Shown one piece after another: positions 52,000 through 62,185 of a stretch of 64,000 bases of DNA. The notes under the pieces were generated by a model. It did not search any database. It had not been told where the DNA came from and worked only from the letters and a program-made list of their open reading frames with translations. Within the stretch, counting starts at the first letter, position 1. Every line of letters begins with the position of its first letter. A program made the translations under genes and the position numbers. This DNA comes from Terriglobia bacterium. Its GTDB lineage: Bacteria; Acidobacteriota; Terriglobia; 20CM-2-55-15. The stretch lies in the NCBI GenBank assembly GCA_963664115.2, contig CAXWPJ010000009.1, forward strand, positions 608,001 through 672,000, written 5' to 3'.

Positions 52000-53200
52000 A
52001 TGGCAGAGCTGCTATCCCAGCACGGTGGCCGGCGAACTGAGACAGGAAACGCCGGGGTGGTTATAACCGAATCTGGTGTTTGAGGGACGCAACGGTTATC
52101 TGCCGGAACGCGAACTGCAGAGTTGGGGCGGGATTGGGTCCGGTAACAGTCCAAATCCCGAAGGTCCGTGCCAAGACGGGCGAAGCTGTGACGTTCCGAT
52201 CGGCCCTGGTACCACCGTACATTCGGAAGACGAAGTCGCTGGAAGCAGCGGTGCCGTGGTTGTATTTGAAAGGCGTTTCCAGCGGCGAGATGGGTGAGGC
52301 CCTAAAAGTTCTTGTCGGTCCCCAGGCGCAGGGTCTGTCGGCGAGCACGGTATCGCGGTTGAAACAGGTTTGGGGCGAACAGTACCGCCTCGGATGCGAG
52401 GAGCGTTTGGATGCAGATCGCTGGGTCTATGTCTGGGCCGACGGCATCTACAGCGGACTTCGGGCGGAACAAACCAAGTTGTGTGCATTGGTCGTGATCG
52501 GCGTGAATGAACGCGGAGAGAAGCGTTTCCTGGCGATCGAAGACGGTGTACGGGAATCGACACAGAGTTGGCGCGAGGTCTTGTTGAAGCTGAAGTCCCG
52601 TGGGATGAATGTTCCGAAGTTGGCCATCGGTGACGGTGCGATGGGGTTCTGGGCCGCACTGGAGGAAATCTATCCCGAGACACGTCAACAACGTTGCTGG
52701 ATGCACAAAGTCATGAACGTCCTCAACTGCCTGCCCAAGTCGGTCCAGGCGAAGGCGAAACAGGCCCTGCACTCGATCTGGCAGGCCGAGACGAAGGCAG
52801 ACGCCGAGAAGGCATTCGACTTGTTCATTGAAACCTATGAACCGAAGTATCCGAAAGCCACACTCTGCCTGCAGAAAGACAGAGAGGAACTGCTGGCCTT
52901 TTACGACTTTCCGGCCAAGCACTGGCAGAGCATCAGAACGACGAATCCCATTGAGTCGACCTTTGCCACCATTCGACACCGAACGAAGCGATCCAGAGGT
53001 TGCCTGACACGGGATGGCATGCTGCACATGATGTTCAAACTGGGCCAGTGCGCTGAGAACAATTGGCGACGATTACGAGGATTCGATGATCTGAGCAAGG
53101 TAATCATCGGAGTGAAATTCAACGATGGTGTCGAAGCGACACAAGTCGATCAGGCCGCCGCTTGAATCAATCTCCTAAACACCACTTTTGACAATAACTC
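52000..53200 (+). mobile_element. IS256 copy 3 with scrambled 5' end (truncated transposase to 53165)
   Basis: Matching 3' ~1070 bp with intact right IR ACAATAACTC; mosaic 5' part. Confidence 0.75.
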
Positions 53201-54133
53201 TATGCGACTGCCGAAGAACATTACGCGGCGTTGAAGGCCCAGGCCGAAGCGACGGGCGGCCCCACAGTGCACACACGGGAAACAATGCCGGAGTGGGATG
53301 GATGGTACGCCCGAGGGGCGATAGACGACCAGTGGATTTACGGTCGTGACCTCCAGACGGCCACCATGTTGTCGCTATTGACACCTGAATATCAGGAGCG
53401 CATGGCCCAGTTGACCTACCACGAAGCCGTAACCAATTCGCCCCAGTGGAACGCTTCGTTCTGCTATCCGGAAGGATTGGTCCGGTGGTGGGGGGAGTTC
53501 ACCCTCAGGGACATCGAAGTCATGGTGACGCCCTATCAGGTCCAGTTTTTGAGCGGCGCCAGTCACAACTTTCTCCGCAGGGTCCACGTCGGACGGGAAC
53601 ATGTACAACAGGTTCCGCAGTGGTTTGGCGAGACCATCGGATTCTGGAACGGAGATACGCTCGTCGCCTGGACAGCCAATTCCCTGGGGTGGACCATGTC
53701 GCATTCGATGTTCGAATACAGTAGTGCGATGGAGATCGTCGAAGTGCTCAGACCAAATCCAGATGGGAACGGACTCATCGTCGAGGCCACATTCTACGAT
53801 CCGGAGGCCTTCACTCGCCCGCTGCAAACGATAACTCCTTGGAATTTCAGGACGGGACTCGATGATCCGGACACAAGATACACGTGGCATGAGTGCCAGG
53901 TCGAGGGAACGATTGTCAACGGTCCGGATGGTAAGCCGACGCAGGTCCTGCCCTTTGAGGAACGTTACATTGATTTCTTTGGCCGTCCGTGGGCACTGAC
54001 ATGGGAAAGGTACTTCGAGCAAGGATGGGACAGGCCGAACAATTGACGACGGCTGTCAGCGAAAAAATCAAGAAGAGCCGGCCATCCGGCCACACGGAAT
54101 CTTCGATCAAGAGGACAGACTGCTTTTGAATTC

Positions 54134-54363
54134 CTAAATGTTTCTGGAAGGGTCTCACCGGTATGTAAAATAGGGGGCCTTTAAAGCAGCGTCTTGAGAC
54201 CACCGTTGCTCGGCACAGAGCAACACAATCAAAGGGGGAAGAAGTCCATTCACTAAATGTTTCTGGAAGGGTCTCACCGGTATGTAAAATAGGGGGCCTT
54301 TAAAGCAGCGTCTTGAGACCACCGTTGCTCGGCACAGAGCAACACAATCAAAGGGGGAAGAAG
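54134..54363 (+). repeat. Perfect 111-bp tandem duplication of a promoter/leader region
   Basis: 54134-54244 equals 54253-54363, separated by TCCATTCA. Confidence 0.9.
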
Positions 54364-55431
54364 ATGGCGAATCGCAGAGACTTTCTCAGAACCATCGGTC
54401 GCGCAACAGCAGGAGCTTTAGTCCTCAGCCGTGTGCCTGGTGCCCTGGCTCAGTCACCTCGTCAAGTGTTGGTCAACGGTCGGGACACAACCGTTGTCGA
54501 CATTCATGCTCACTGCGTATTTCTTCGAGAGCTCGAGGAGAACCTCCCGGCCGCGATGCCGGCGAGGGCGGGCCTTCCCGACCTCTTGCCTATGGGACCC
54601 CATCGTTTGGAAATGATGGATGAACGCGGTATCGATATTCAGGCTCTCAGCGTAAACCAATATTGGTGGTACACGGTGGAGCGCGATCTCGCCCGGCAAA
54701 TTGTGAGAATTCATGACGAGGGTCTTGCGGCATGGTGTGACACCCACCCCGACAGATTCGTCGGCTTGACATCAGTGGCCCTGCAGTACCCGGACCTGGC
54801 GGCCGAGCAGTTGGAACACGCGGTCAATGAACTGGGATTACGCGGCGCATCGATTGGCGGCCACGTTGACGGCGAACAACCCACATCAGCGAAGTACGAT
54901 CCGTTCTGGGCCAAGGCCGAGGAACTTGACGTCCCTGTATTCATGCATCCCAACAACGCGCTCAACGTCGTTCGCGAGGGCGCTCTCGCCGGAAGGGCCG
55001 ATCTCGGCAACATCATCGGAAATCCCTTGGAAACGACGGTATTTCTTTCGCACATGATCTTCGATGGAGTTTTCGACCGCTTTCCAGGCCTGAAAGTCTG
55101 CGCGGCTCACGGCGGCGGATACATTCCGTCATACGTAGGCCGAACCGAGGTCGCCTGCGCCAGGAGGCCCAATGCAGAATGTGCCAACCAGAAAAACCCG
55201 AGCGAGTATCTGAGAGATCAGATTTTTGTCGACTCTATCGTGTTTGCCGAAGAAGGCCTACGTCATCTCGTTGCCGAAGTCGGAGTGAGTCAGGTGGTCT
55301 ACGGATCGGACCAACCCTATAACTGGCCGGACGCGATCGGCGTGATTACCGAGTCACCGTCTTTGAGCAATGCCGATAAGGAAGCCATCCTCGGGGGCAA
55401 CCTGATCCGCTTGCTGCGTATCAATATATAA
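54364..55431 (+). CDS. Amidohydrolase_2 family (ACMSD-like decarboxylase) with Tat signal
   Basis: NRRDFL, DIHAH, FMHP, HGGG, GSDQP. Confidence 0.9.
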   Translation: MANRRDFLRTIGRATAGALVLSRVPGALAQSPRQVLVNGRDTTVVDIHAHCVFLRELEENLPAAMPARAGLPDLLPMGPHRLEMMDERGIDIQALSVNQYWWYTVERDLARQIVRIHDEGLAAWCDTHPDRFVGLTSVALQYPDLAAEQLEHAVNELGLRGASIGGHVDGEQPTSAKYDPFWAKAEELDVPVFMHPNNALNVVREGALAGRADLGNIIGNPLETTVFLSHMIFDGVFDRFPGLKVCAAHGGGYIPSYVGRTEVACARRPNAECANQKNPSEYLRDQIFVDSIVFAEEGLRHLVAEVGVSQVVYGSDQPYNWPDAIGVITESPSLSNADKEAILGGNLIRLLRINI

Positions 55432-55470
55432 GGGCAGACAAGGTCGACATTTCCTGGACCGGAACACTGA

Positions 55471-56136
55471 ATGAAAGACGTTCTCGAAGCGGTTGAAATG
55501 GAGACCGGCCCGAATCCGACGACGAGCGTGATCTGGATGCACGGGCTCGGTGCCGATGGCCATGATTTTCCGCCGATTGTCGAGACGCTGAACCTGGGGC
55601 CCGCGCCCATTCGATTCGTCTTCCCCCATGCGCCCAAACGCCCGGTCACGATCAATGGTGGCTACGTGATGCGGGCGTGGTACGACATCCTAAGCCCGGA
55701 ATTCGGGGGCCGCGAAGACGAGGAAGGCCTGCGCGGGTCTCAGCAGTTGGTTGAAAACCTCATTGCACGCGAAGAGGAAAGGGGCTCGCCCCCTGAGCGC
55801 ATCGTACTTGCCGGCTTCTCGCAAGGCGGGGCGATCTCCCTTCAGACCGGTCTGCGCCACCCGAAACGGCTGGCCGGTCTGCTCGTGCTGTCAGCCTACC
55901 TGCCGATTTCCCGCACCCTTGCCGGAGAAGCGAGCGAAGAGAATCACGGCTTGCCAATCCTGATGGCGCATGGCACGCATGATCCTATCGTTCCGATCGA
56001 TCACGCACGGCGATCAAGCGAGATGTTGAGCAAGTTGGGCTACGCGGTCGAATGGCGTGAATATCCAATGCCCCACTCGGTCTCGCCCGAAGAGGTGGAC
56101 GACATCGGCGCCTGGTTCAGGCAGGTACTGGACTGA
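55471..56136 (+). CDS. Carboxylesterase / phospholipase (abhydrolase_2)
   Basis: HGLGA, GFSQG, HGTHD, MPHS. Confidence 0.93.
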   Translation: MKDVLEAVEMETGPNPTTSVIWMHGLGADGHDFPPIVETLNLGPAPIRFVFPHAPKRPVTINGGYVMRAWYDILSPEFGGREDEEGLRGSQQLVENLIAREEERGSPPERIVLAGFSQGGAISLQTGLRHPKRLAGLLVLSAYLPISRTLAGEASEENHGLPILMAHGTHDPIVPIDHARRSSEMLSKLGYAVEWREYPMPHSVSPEEVDDIGAWFRQVLD

Positions 56137-56563
56137 AAAGAGTTGCTTCTTCCATCACGCGGCGCTTACCTGTACTTCAGGGGTGAAGCAGTGTTTGCAC
56201 CCTTGTCCGGAATCCTCCGCCACGGAATTTCGTCCCCCGGAAAACAACAGTCCTCCAACCACGCTCGAGCCCAAGTCTGAGCGAAACAATCTCTTATTCT
56301 GCACGAAGGACGTTCGCAATCGATTTGGACCATCGCAGTACTCACATGCGAACTCTCGGGCCGAGTCAAAGGATGGCAACAGAACGACTGGTGTGCTGTG
56401 ATTCCACATTTGGCTTAGCGGTCGGGGTTCGGCTATACTGCGATTTGATTTCTATCCACACCACGGTATCAACCCCAGCGGGGCTATCCGTTCCCGGTCT
56501 GGATTCCTTTGCGGTAACAACTCCTTTACTGGACTCTTGCGGCCGGTTAGTTTGGAGAAGGTA

Positions 56564-58279
56564 ATGAATTTTCTGCGATTCAAGCGAGAAGCTAACGGAC
56601 ATCAAACTGTAGAAGTCCCCTTGCGCGGACTCGCGCTTTATGGCGAGCCACTACTCAATAAAGGATCTGCCTTCACAGCTGAAGAACGGCAACAGTTCGG
56701 ACTCGACGGTATGTTACCAGCCACGCAAAAGACGATGGCCGAGCAGGTTAAGCGAATCCGCAACATGTTGGATGCGCGTCCGGAGCCGTTGGGCAAGTAT
56801 CTGGAACTGGCCGCCCTTCAGGATAGAAACGAGCATCTGTTCTACCGTGTGTTGAGCGATAACATTGAGGAATTACTGCCGATCGTCTACACCCCGACTG
56901 TCGGTCTGGCCACCCAACGCTACAGTCACAATTTCCGGCGACAGCGAGGAATTTTCATCACCCCTGAGCATCGTGGCCGGGTCTCGACCGTCTTGCGACA
57001 AGGGGCTAGGTTCAGTAACGTAAAATTGATTGTCGCTACTGACAACGAGGCCATCCTCGGCATTGGCGACCAGGGCGCGGGGGGTATTTCCATTTGCATC
57101 GGCAAGCTCTCGATATACTGCGCAGCAGCAGGCATTCATCCTGTCGAAACCCTTCCCGTGAGCCTCGATGTGGGCACCGACAACGAAGAGCTTCTCAGCG
57201 ATGATGCGTATCTGGGATATCGCCATCCACGGCTGCGCGGCGAGGAGTACTTTGAGCTGCTGGACGAGTTCGTCGCAGCGGTCGCCGAGGTTTTTCCCGG
57301 GGCTGTCGTGCAGTGGGAGGACTTCCGGAAGGACAACGCTCTAGCGGTACTGCACCGTTACGACGGCCAGATAGCATCCTTCAACGACGACATCCAGGGC
57401 ACGGGGGCGATCGCTGTAGCGGCCATCATGTCTGCTTCCCGGGCGCTGGGACAGCACGTAAGGGACCAGCGCATCGTGATTTACGGCGCTGGCGCGGCAG
57501 GGCTGGGGATCACCGAACAGCTCCGCGCAGCGATGATTGCCGACGGCGGTACAGCCGAAGCGGCGCGGGGAGCGATTGCAGTTCTCGACAGCCGCGGCCT
57601 TCTCGTCGACGATGTCGCACAGAAGGAGGCCTACAAGGAAGAACTCGCTTGGCCCATGAGCGTTGCCGAGGCAGTTGGTCTGGGCGATCCAGTCCAGAGA
57701 GATCTCGCGGCAGTCATCCGCAACTTCAGACCCACAATTTTAATCGGCACATCTGGCGTCGCCCGATCCTTCTCCGAAGAAATAGTTCGAGAGATGGCTC
57801 GGCACGTGGATCGACCCGTCATCATGCCATTGTCCAACCCGACCGACAAAGCCGAGGCCATACCCGAAGACCTCGTCGCCTGGACTGAGGGCCGCTGCCT
57901 CGTGGCGACTGGAAGCCCGTTCCCCCCCGTTCCTTTGGACCAGGGCGAACTCAAAATCGCTCAGGGCAACAACGCGTTTATCTTTCCCGGCCTCGGCCTC
58001 GGCCTGATGGTGGGCGGAATCAAGAGCGTGACGCCCGCGATTCTGGCGGCGGCGGCTCGGGCACTGGCCGGCAAGGTTACCGAGGAGGAACTTCAGAGCG
58101 GCATGCTCTATCCGCGAACAGCCCGGATTTCGGAGGTGTCCCACGCGGTGGCCGTCGCAGTCGTTGAAGCCGCTGCCAAAGACGGCGGGAGCCGTTCCCT
58201 TTCAAAAAGTGAAGCCGAGAGCGCAGTCACTACTGCGACCTGGACGCCAGATTACCCTGAACTCGTGCCCGTCGACTGA
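56564..58279 (+). CDS. maeA: NAD-dependent malic enzyme
   Basis: LLNKGSAFT, YTPTVG, ILGIGDQG, FNDDIQGT, GAGAAG, LSNPT. Confidence 0.94.
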   Translation: MNFLRFKREANGHQTVEVPLRGLALYGEPLLNKGSAFTAEERQQFGLDGMLPATQKTMAEQVKRIRNMLDARPEPLGKYLELAALQDRNEHLFYRVLSDNIEELLPIVYTPTVGLATQRYSHNFRRQRGIFITPEHRGRVSTVLRQGARFSNVKLIVATDNEAILGIGDQGAGGISICIGKLSIYCAAAGIHPVETLPVSLDVGTDNEELLSDDAYLGYRHPRLRGEEYFELLDEFVAAVAEVFPGAVVQWEDFRKDNALAVLHRYDGQIASFNDDIQGTGAIAVAAIMSASRALGQHVRDQRIVIYGAGAAGLGITEQLRAAMIADGGTAEAARGAIAVLDSRGLLVDDVAQKEAYKEELAWPMSVAEAVGLGDPVQRDLAAVIRNFRPTILIGTSGVARSFSEEIVREMARHVDRPVIMPLSNPTDKAEAIPEDLVAWTEGRCLVATGSPFPPVPLDQGELKIAQGNNAFIFPGLGLGLMVGGIKSVTPAILAAAARALAGKVTEEELQSGMLYPRTARISEVSHAVAVAVVEAAAKDGGSRSLSKSEAESAVTTATWTPDYPELVPVD

Positions 58280-58376
58280 CACGCCCTTGTTTCCGTCAAC
58301 TTACCTTAAGGCCCAACAAAAGCGGTGGCCCCCAGGGCCAGCCTGCCGAACTTCCTGGGTCGCAAGGAATTAATCG

Positions 58377-59339
58377 ATGATTGACCGTATTGCTCTCGCC
58401 CTTTCCGGTGGTGTCGGAGGAGCAAAGCTTGCGCTCGGATTGTCCCGGGTGCTCGACCCTCAGGAGCTGGTGATCGTCGCTAATACGGGCGACGACTTTG
58501 AGCACTTCGGACTGCACATCTCTCCCGATGTCGACACGCTGCTCTATACCCTTGCCGGCATCAACAATCCCGAAACCGGTTGGGGAAGGGCGGAGGAAAC
58601 TTGGTCGTGCATGACTGTCTTGAAGAGATTGCGCGACGAAACCTGGTTCCGGCTGGGTGACAAGGACATCGCGATGCATCTGTATCGGACGGCCCGGCTA
58701 AAGAACGGCGCAAGTTTGAGCGAAGTGATCGATGGACTGCGAATACTGCTGGAAATCGGGCCGGAAGTGCTACCGATGAGCGATCAGCCGGTCCGAACAA
58801 CGCTCGAAACCAATGAGGGACTCATGCCGTTCCAGCAGTACTTCGTTCGCGCAAGTTGCAAACCGGTCGTGAAGGCGCTACGTTTTGCCGGTGTAAGCGA
58901 CGCGCAAATGACACCGCGTTTTTCACATTTGCTTCGCAGCAACGACTTACGTGCCATCATCATATGCCCGTCCAATCCTTACCTGAGCATCGACCCGATA
59001 CTGGCGATACCCGGAGTGCGGGAGGGGATCGCACGCTCCCCTGCCCCGACAATTGCAGTTTCGCCCATCGTAGGCGGTAACGCGATCAAAGGCCCCACCG
59101 CTAAACTCATGTCCGAACTCGGCGTTCCTGTTTCTGCTACGGCCATTGTCGAACATTACAAAGATTCGCTTGACGGATTCGTTCTCGATGAAGTGGATGC
59201 CGGGCTGGCCGGCTCGATCGAGGCGAGTGGGATTGCATGCGCGGTCACAAACACTGTCATGAAAACTCTGGAAGATCGAACCCGGCTGGCGAGAGTCGTT
59301 CTTGAGTTCGCCCGCACTTTGAGCCCGACGGTCCAGTAA
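58377..59339 (+). CDS. cofD: 2-phospho-L-lactate/PEP transferase (F420 biosynthesis)
   Basis: SGGVGGAKL, NTGDD, ISPDVD, WFRLGDKD, PSNPYLSIDPIL, KGP. Confidence 0.95.
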   Translation: MIDRIALALSGGVGGAKLALGLSRVLDPQELVIVANTGDDFEHFGLHISPDVDTLLYTLAGINNPETGWGRAEETWSCMTVLKRLRDETWFRLGDKDIAMHLYRTARLKNGASLSEVIDGLRILLEIGPEVLPMSDQPVRTTLETNEGLMPFQQYFVRASCKPVVKALRFAGVSDAQMTPRFSHLLRSNDLRAIIICPSNPYLSIDPILAIPGVREGIARSPAPTIAVSPIVGGNAIKGPTAKLMSELGVPVSATAIVEHYKDSLDGFVLDEVDAGLAGSIEASGIACAVTNTVMKTLEDRTRLARVVLEFARTLSPTVQ

Positions 59340-59361
59340 TCGACGTCTGGGACAGTTTAAG

Positions 59362-59781
59362 ATGTTTAACGAGTCCGAGGCCCGTTTCCTTCGCGAAATG
59401 CGGGTAGCCCGGCTGGCGACGGCCGACGCTTCCGGCCAACCTCACGTCATCCCCATTGTGTTCGCTTTTGACGGGCAACATCTCTATACACCCATCGATG
59501 AGAAGCCGAAGCGCGTCGCGCCTTTACGGTTAAAGCGTGTCCGAAACCTTCTCGAAAACAGTCAGGTTGCCATCGTCGTAGACCGCTACGACAGAGATTG
59601 GACCCAGCTCGCATGGGTTCTGGTGAGAGGAACGGGAGAGCTTGTCGAAGAAGGTGAGACGAGCCGCACCGGGATAAGCCTGTTAAAAGAAAAGTATGCT
59701 CAATACGAACAGATGCCCCTGGAAGGCCGCCCGCTGATCGTTGTTACTCCCGGTGAGGTCACGAGTTGGGGAAAGCTGTGA
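59362..59781 (+). CDS. PPOX-class F420-dependent oxidoreductase (Rv0121-like)
   Basis: VARLATAD..GQPHVIP, DEKPK, LKRVRN, YDRDWTQLAWV. Confidence 0.9.
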   Translation: MFNESEARFLREMRVARLATADASGQPHVIPIVFAFDGQHLYTPIDEKPKRVAPLRLKRVRNLLENSQVAIVVDRYDRDWTQLAWVLVRGTGELVEEGETSRTGISLLKEKYAQYEQMPLEGRPLIVVTPGEVTSWGKL

Positions 59782-59791
59782 TTCGCCCCTG

Positions 59792-61363
59792 CTATTCCCG
59801 CAAAGCGGCACGCTCAACCTTACCCGTAGCCGTCTTGGGTAGCTCGTCCATGAACTCGACCCACCGCGGACGCTTGTAGGGCGCCATGTGGGTCTTGCAA
59901 TGCTCGATCAGTTCGGCCGAAAGTTCGTCCGACGCAGCGATTCCCTCGCGAAGCGATATAAACGCCTTCGGTTTGACCAAACCATCTCCATCGGCCCGTC
60001 CCATCACGGCACATTCATAAACCGCTTCATGAGTCCGCAAGGTGTTCTCGATTTCGACCGGTGACACCCAGATGCCGCCCGCTTTGAGCATTTCGTCCCC
60101 GCGGCCGGCATAGTGATAATAGCCGTCCTCATCGAGGTAAAACTTGTCGCCCGTAAACAGCCATTCTCCCCGAAAAGCGTTCTGGGTTTTGTGGTACTGG
60201 TGCAGATAAAACAGAGCGAAGGTCTCTCCCTTGACCATCAGATCGCCAATCTCACCGACAGGCACTTCGCTGCCGTGTTCATCAAAGATCTTAGCCTCAA
60301 ATCCATCGACCACCTTACCGATCGTGCCGGGCCTGATGTCGTCCGGCCGGTTGGACAGGAAGAGTGCGATCGCTTCGGTCGTCCCCATTCCCTCGACAAT
60401 TTCCAATCCGGTCTTTTCTTTCCACGCCTCCCAGAGCGAAGCCGGCAGTGCCTCGCCTGCGGCAGCACACAGGCGCAACGAAGACAGGTCATAATTCTCC
60501 GCAAAGCCCTCAACGGCCAACATGCTGGCGTAACCGGTCGGTACGTTGAAAAGAAATGTGGGCTTGAAGCGATCGATGGTTTCCAGGATGTACACAGATT
60601 TTCGTGGGGGCTGGGAACACAAGACCGTACTCGCACCAACATGCCACGGGGAGAACAGGTTGACACCCAGGCCATAGGTAAAAAACAATCGGGCGATAGA
60701 AAACGTTCGATCAGTTTCGCCCAGACCAAGGGTATTGATCGTGTATAGCTGGGAACTGATCGGCATGTCTTTGTGGGCGTGCTGAATTCCTTTCGGACGA
60801 CCCGTGGTCCCGCTGGTGTAGTTCAAGGTGCAGAAGTCGTCCTGGTGGGTGGGCGCCCCTTCGCGTTCCTTTGATTCGCCAGCGATCCAATCCTCGAAAC
60901 TTATAGAGTCGATCTGCGTAATCGAGCTGGTAGAGCCGATGACAACAACGTGTTTGAGGAACGGCCGCTCGGCAAGCATGTCTGCGATTTTCCCTGCCAG
61001 CGTCTGGTGAACGACCAACACCCTCGCCCGACTGTCGTCCAGCATGTATGCGTATTCAGGTGCGGTCAGGGTGGTGCTCATACCGACAGCCACACCCCCG
61101 ATCTTCATGACGCCAAAGAAAGATGTGACCCACTCCGGAACGTCGAGCGAAAGAATTGCGACGAAAGTACCCATACGAACGCCACATTTCTCCAGCGCAT
61201 TACTGACCTGGTTGACCTCTTCGGAAACTTCCCGGAACGTCATCTCCCTTTCGAGGCAGTAAAGGGCTGTTTTGTCGGCGCGGGTGGCCAGGTTGTGTTC
61301 CAGAACGTCAATGCAGTTGTAGTGCAGGGGGAGGTCAGCAATCTTCATTATGTCGACAGTCAT
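59792..61363 (-). CDS. Benzoate-CoA ligase family acyl-CoA synthetase
   Basis: YTSGTTGRPKG, LFFTYGLG, GMGTTE, GIWVSPVEIE, LPKTATGK. Confidence 0.9.
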   Translation of the reverse strand: MTVDIMKIADLPLHYNCIDVLEHNLATRADKTALYCLEREMTFREVSEEVNQVSNALEKCGVRMGTFVAILSLDVPEWVTSFFGVMKIGGVAVGMSTTLTAPEYAYMLDDSRARVLVVHQTLAGKIADMLAERPFLKHVVVIGSTSSITQIDSISFEDWIAGESKEREGAPTHQDDFCTLNYTSGTTGRPKGIQHAHKDMPISSQLYTINTLGLGETDRTFSIARLFFTYGLGVNLFSPWHVGASTVLCSQPPRKSVYILETIDRFKPTFLFNVPTGYASMLAVEGFAENYDLSSLRLCAAAGEALPASLWEAWKEKTGLEIVEGMGTTEAIALFLSNRPDDIRPGTIGKVVDGFEAKIFDEHGSEVPVGEIGDLMVKGETFALFYLHQYHKTQNAFRGEWLFTGDKFYLDEDGYYHYAGRGDEMLKAGGIWVSPVEIENTLRTHEAVYECAVMGRADGDGLVKPKAFISLREGIAASDELSAELIEHCKTHMAPYKRPRWVEFMDELPKTATGKVERAALRE

Positions 61364-61367
61364 ATTA

Positions 61368-62168
61368 TTACGAGTCGTCTGAATGAAAATTCGGAGGACG
61401 CTTGCCCTGGATCGCGTCCACACCTTCGAGCAGGTCCTTACCAAAAAAGCCCATCATTTCCAGGGCCAGCGAGTGATCAAAAATCGGAGCCGCCTGAAGC
61501 AACCACTGGTTCAGGGCACGCTTGGTAAATCTGTTGGCATCAGTCGGTCCGGTTGCGACCTTTGTCGCCACTTCCATGGCCTTGTCGAGCAACTCGTCAT
61601 CAGGAGTGCAGAGGCTGACCAGACCAATACGTTCAGCTTCGGGTCCCTTGATGAAATCGCAGGTCAGCAAGTAATACTTGGCTTTCGCCATACCGCACAA
61701 CAGCGGCCAGATGATAGCGCCGTGATCACCGGCTGCAACTCCGAGGCGTGTGTGTCCGTCAGCCAGTCGGGCACTTTCGGCCATGATACTGATGTCTGAG
61801 AGAAGGGCCACCACGACTCCGGCACCGACCGCAACACCGTTCACAGCCGAAATGATAGGCTTGGAGCAATGCAGCATGTTGTAGACGATGTTACGGGCTT
61901 CATCGAGAATAGCGACGATCTCCTCGTAGTTTCCGTGGGATTCTTTCACTCGTTTGAGGTCGCCACCAGCTGAAAACGCCCTTCCTGCTCCTGTAATGAC
62001 CGCCACGCGCACTTCGGGGTCGCGGTCTATCATCGGCCAGATATCCACAAAAGCTTGGTGCATGGCCGCGTCGGCCATATTCAATTTGTCGGGTTTGTTT
62101 AGGGTTATCCAGAGAATGCCGTTGTCACGTCGCTCGAACAAGATGTCTTTAAAAACAGAATAGTCCAT
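61368..62168 (-). CDS. Enoyl-CoA hydratase/isomerase
   Basis: AFSAGGDL, AVNGVAVGAG, AAGDH. Confidence 0.92.
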   Translation of the reverse strand: MDYSVFKDILFERRDNGILWITLNKPDKLNMADAAMHQAFVDIWPMIDRDPEVRVAVITGAGRAFSAGGDLKRVKESHGNYEEIVAILDEARNIVYNMLHCSKPIISAVNGVAVGAGVVVALLSDISIMAESARLADGHTRLGVAAGDHGAIIWPLLCGMAKAKYYLLTCDFIKGPEAERIGLVSLCTPDDELLDKAMEVATKVATGPTDANRFTKRALNQWLLQAAPIFDHSLALEMMGFFGKDLLEGVDAIQGKRPPNFHSDDS

Positions 62169-62185
62169 TGAGAATTCCTTCTATT

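Larger units (their letters stand above)
50201..54046 (+). pseudogene. Secreted protein gene interrupted by IS256 sequence
   Basis: Promoter TTGACC-N17-TAGCAT, RBS GGGAGG and signal peptide at 50201; frame resumes at 53201 (YATAEEHYAALKAQ...) to the stop at 54046. Confidence 0.65.

Noticed and set aside
54134-54363. Possible CRISPR array or tandem riboswitch
   Set aside because: Only two 111-bp units with an 8-bp gap, no cas genes, and no riboswitch consensus I recognise
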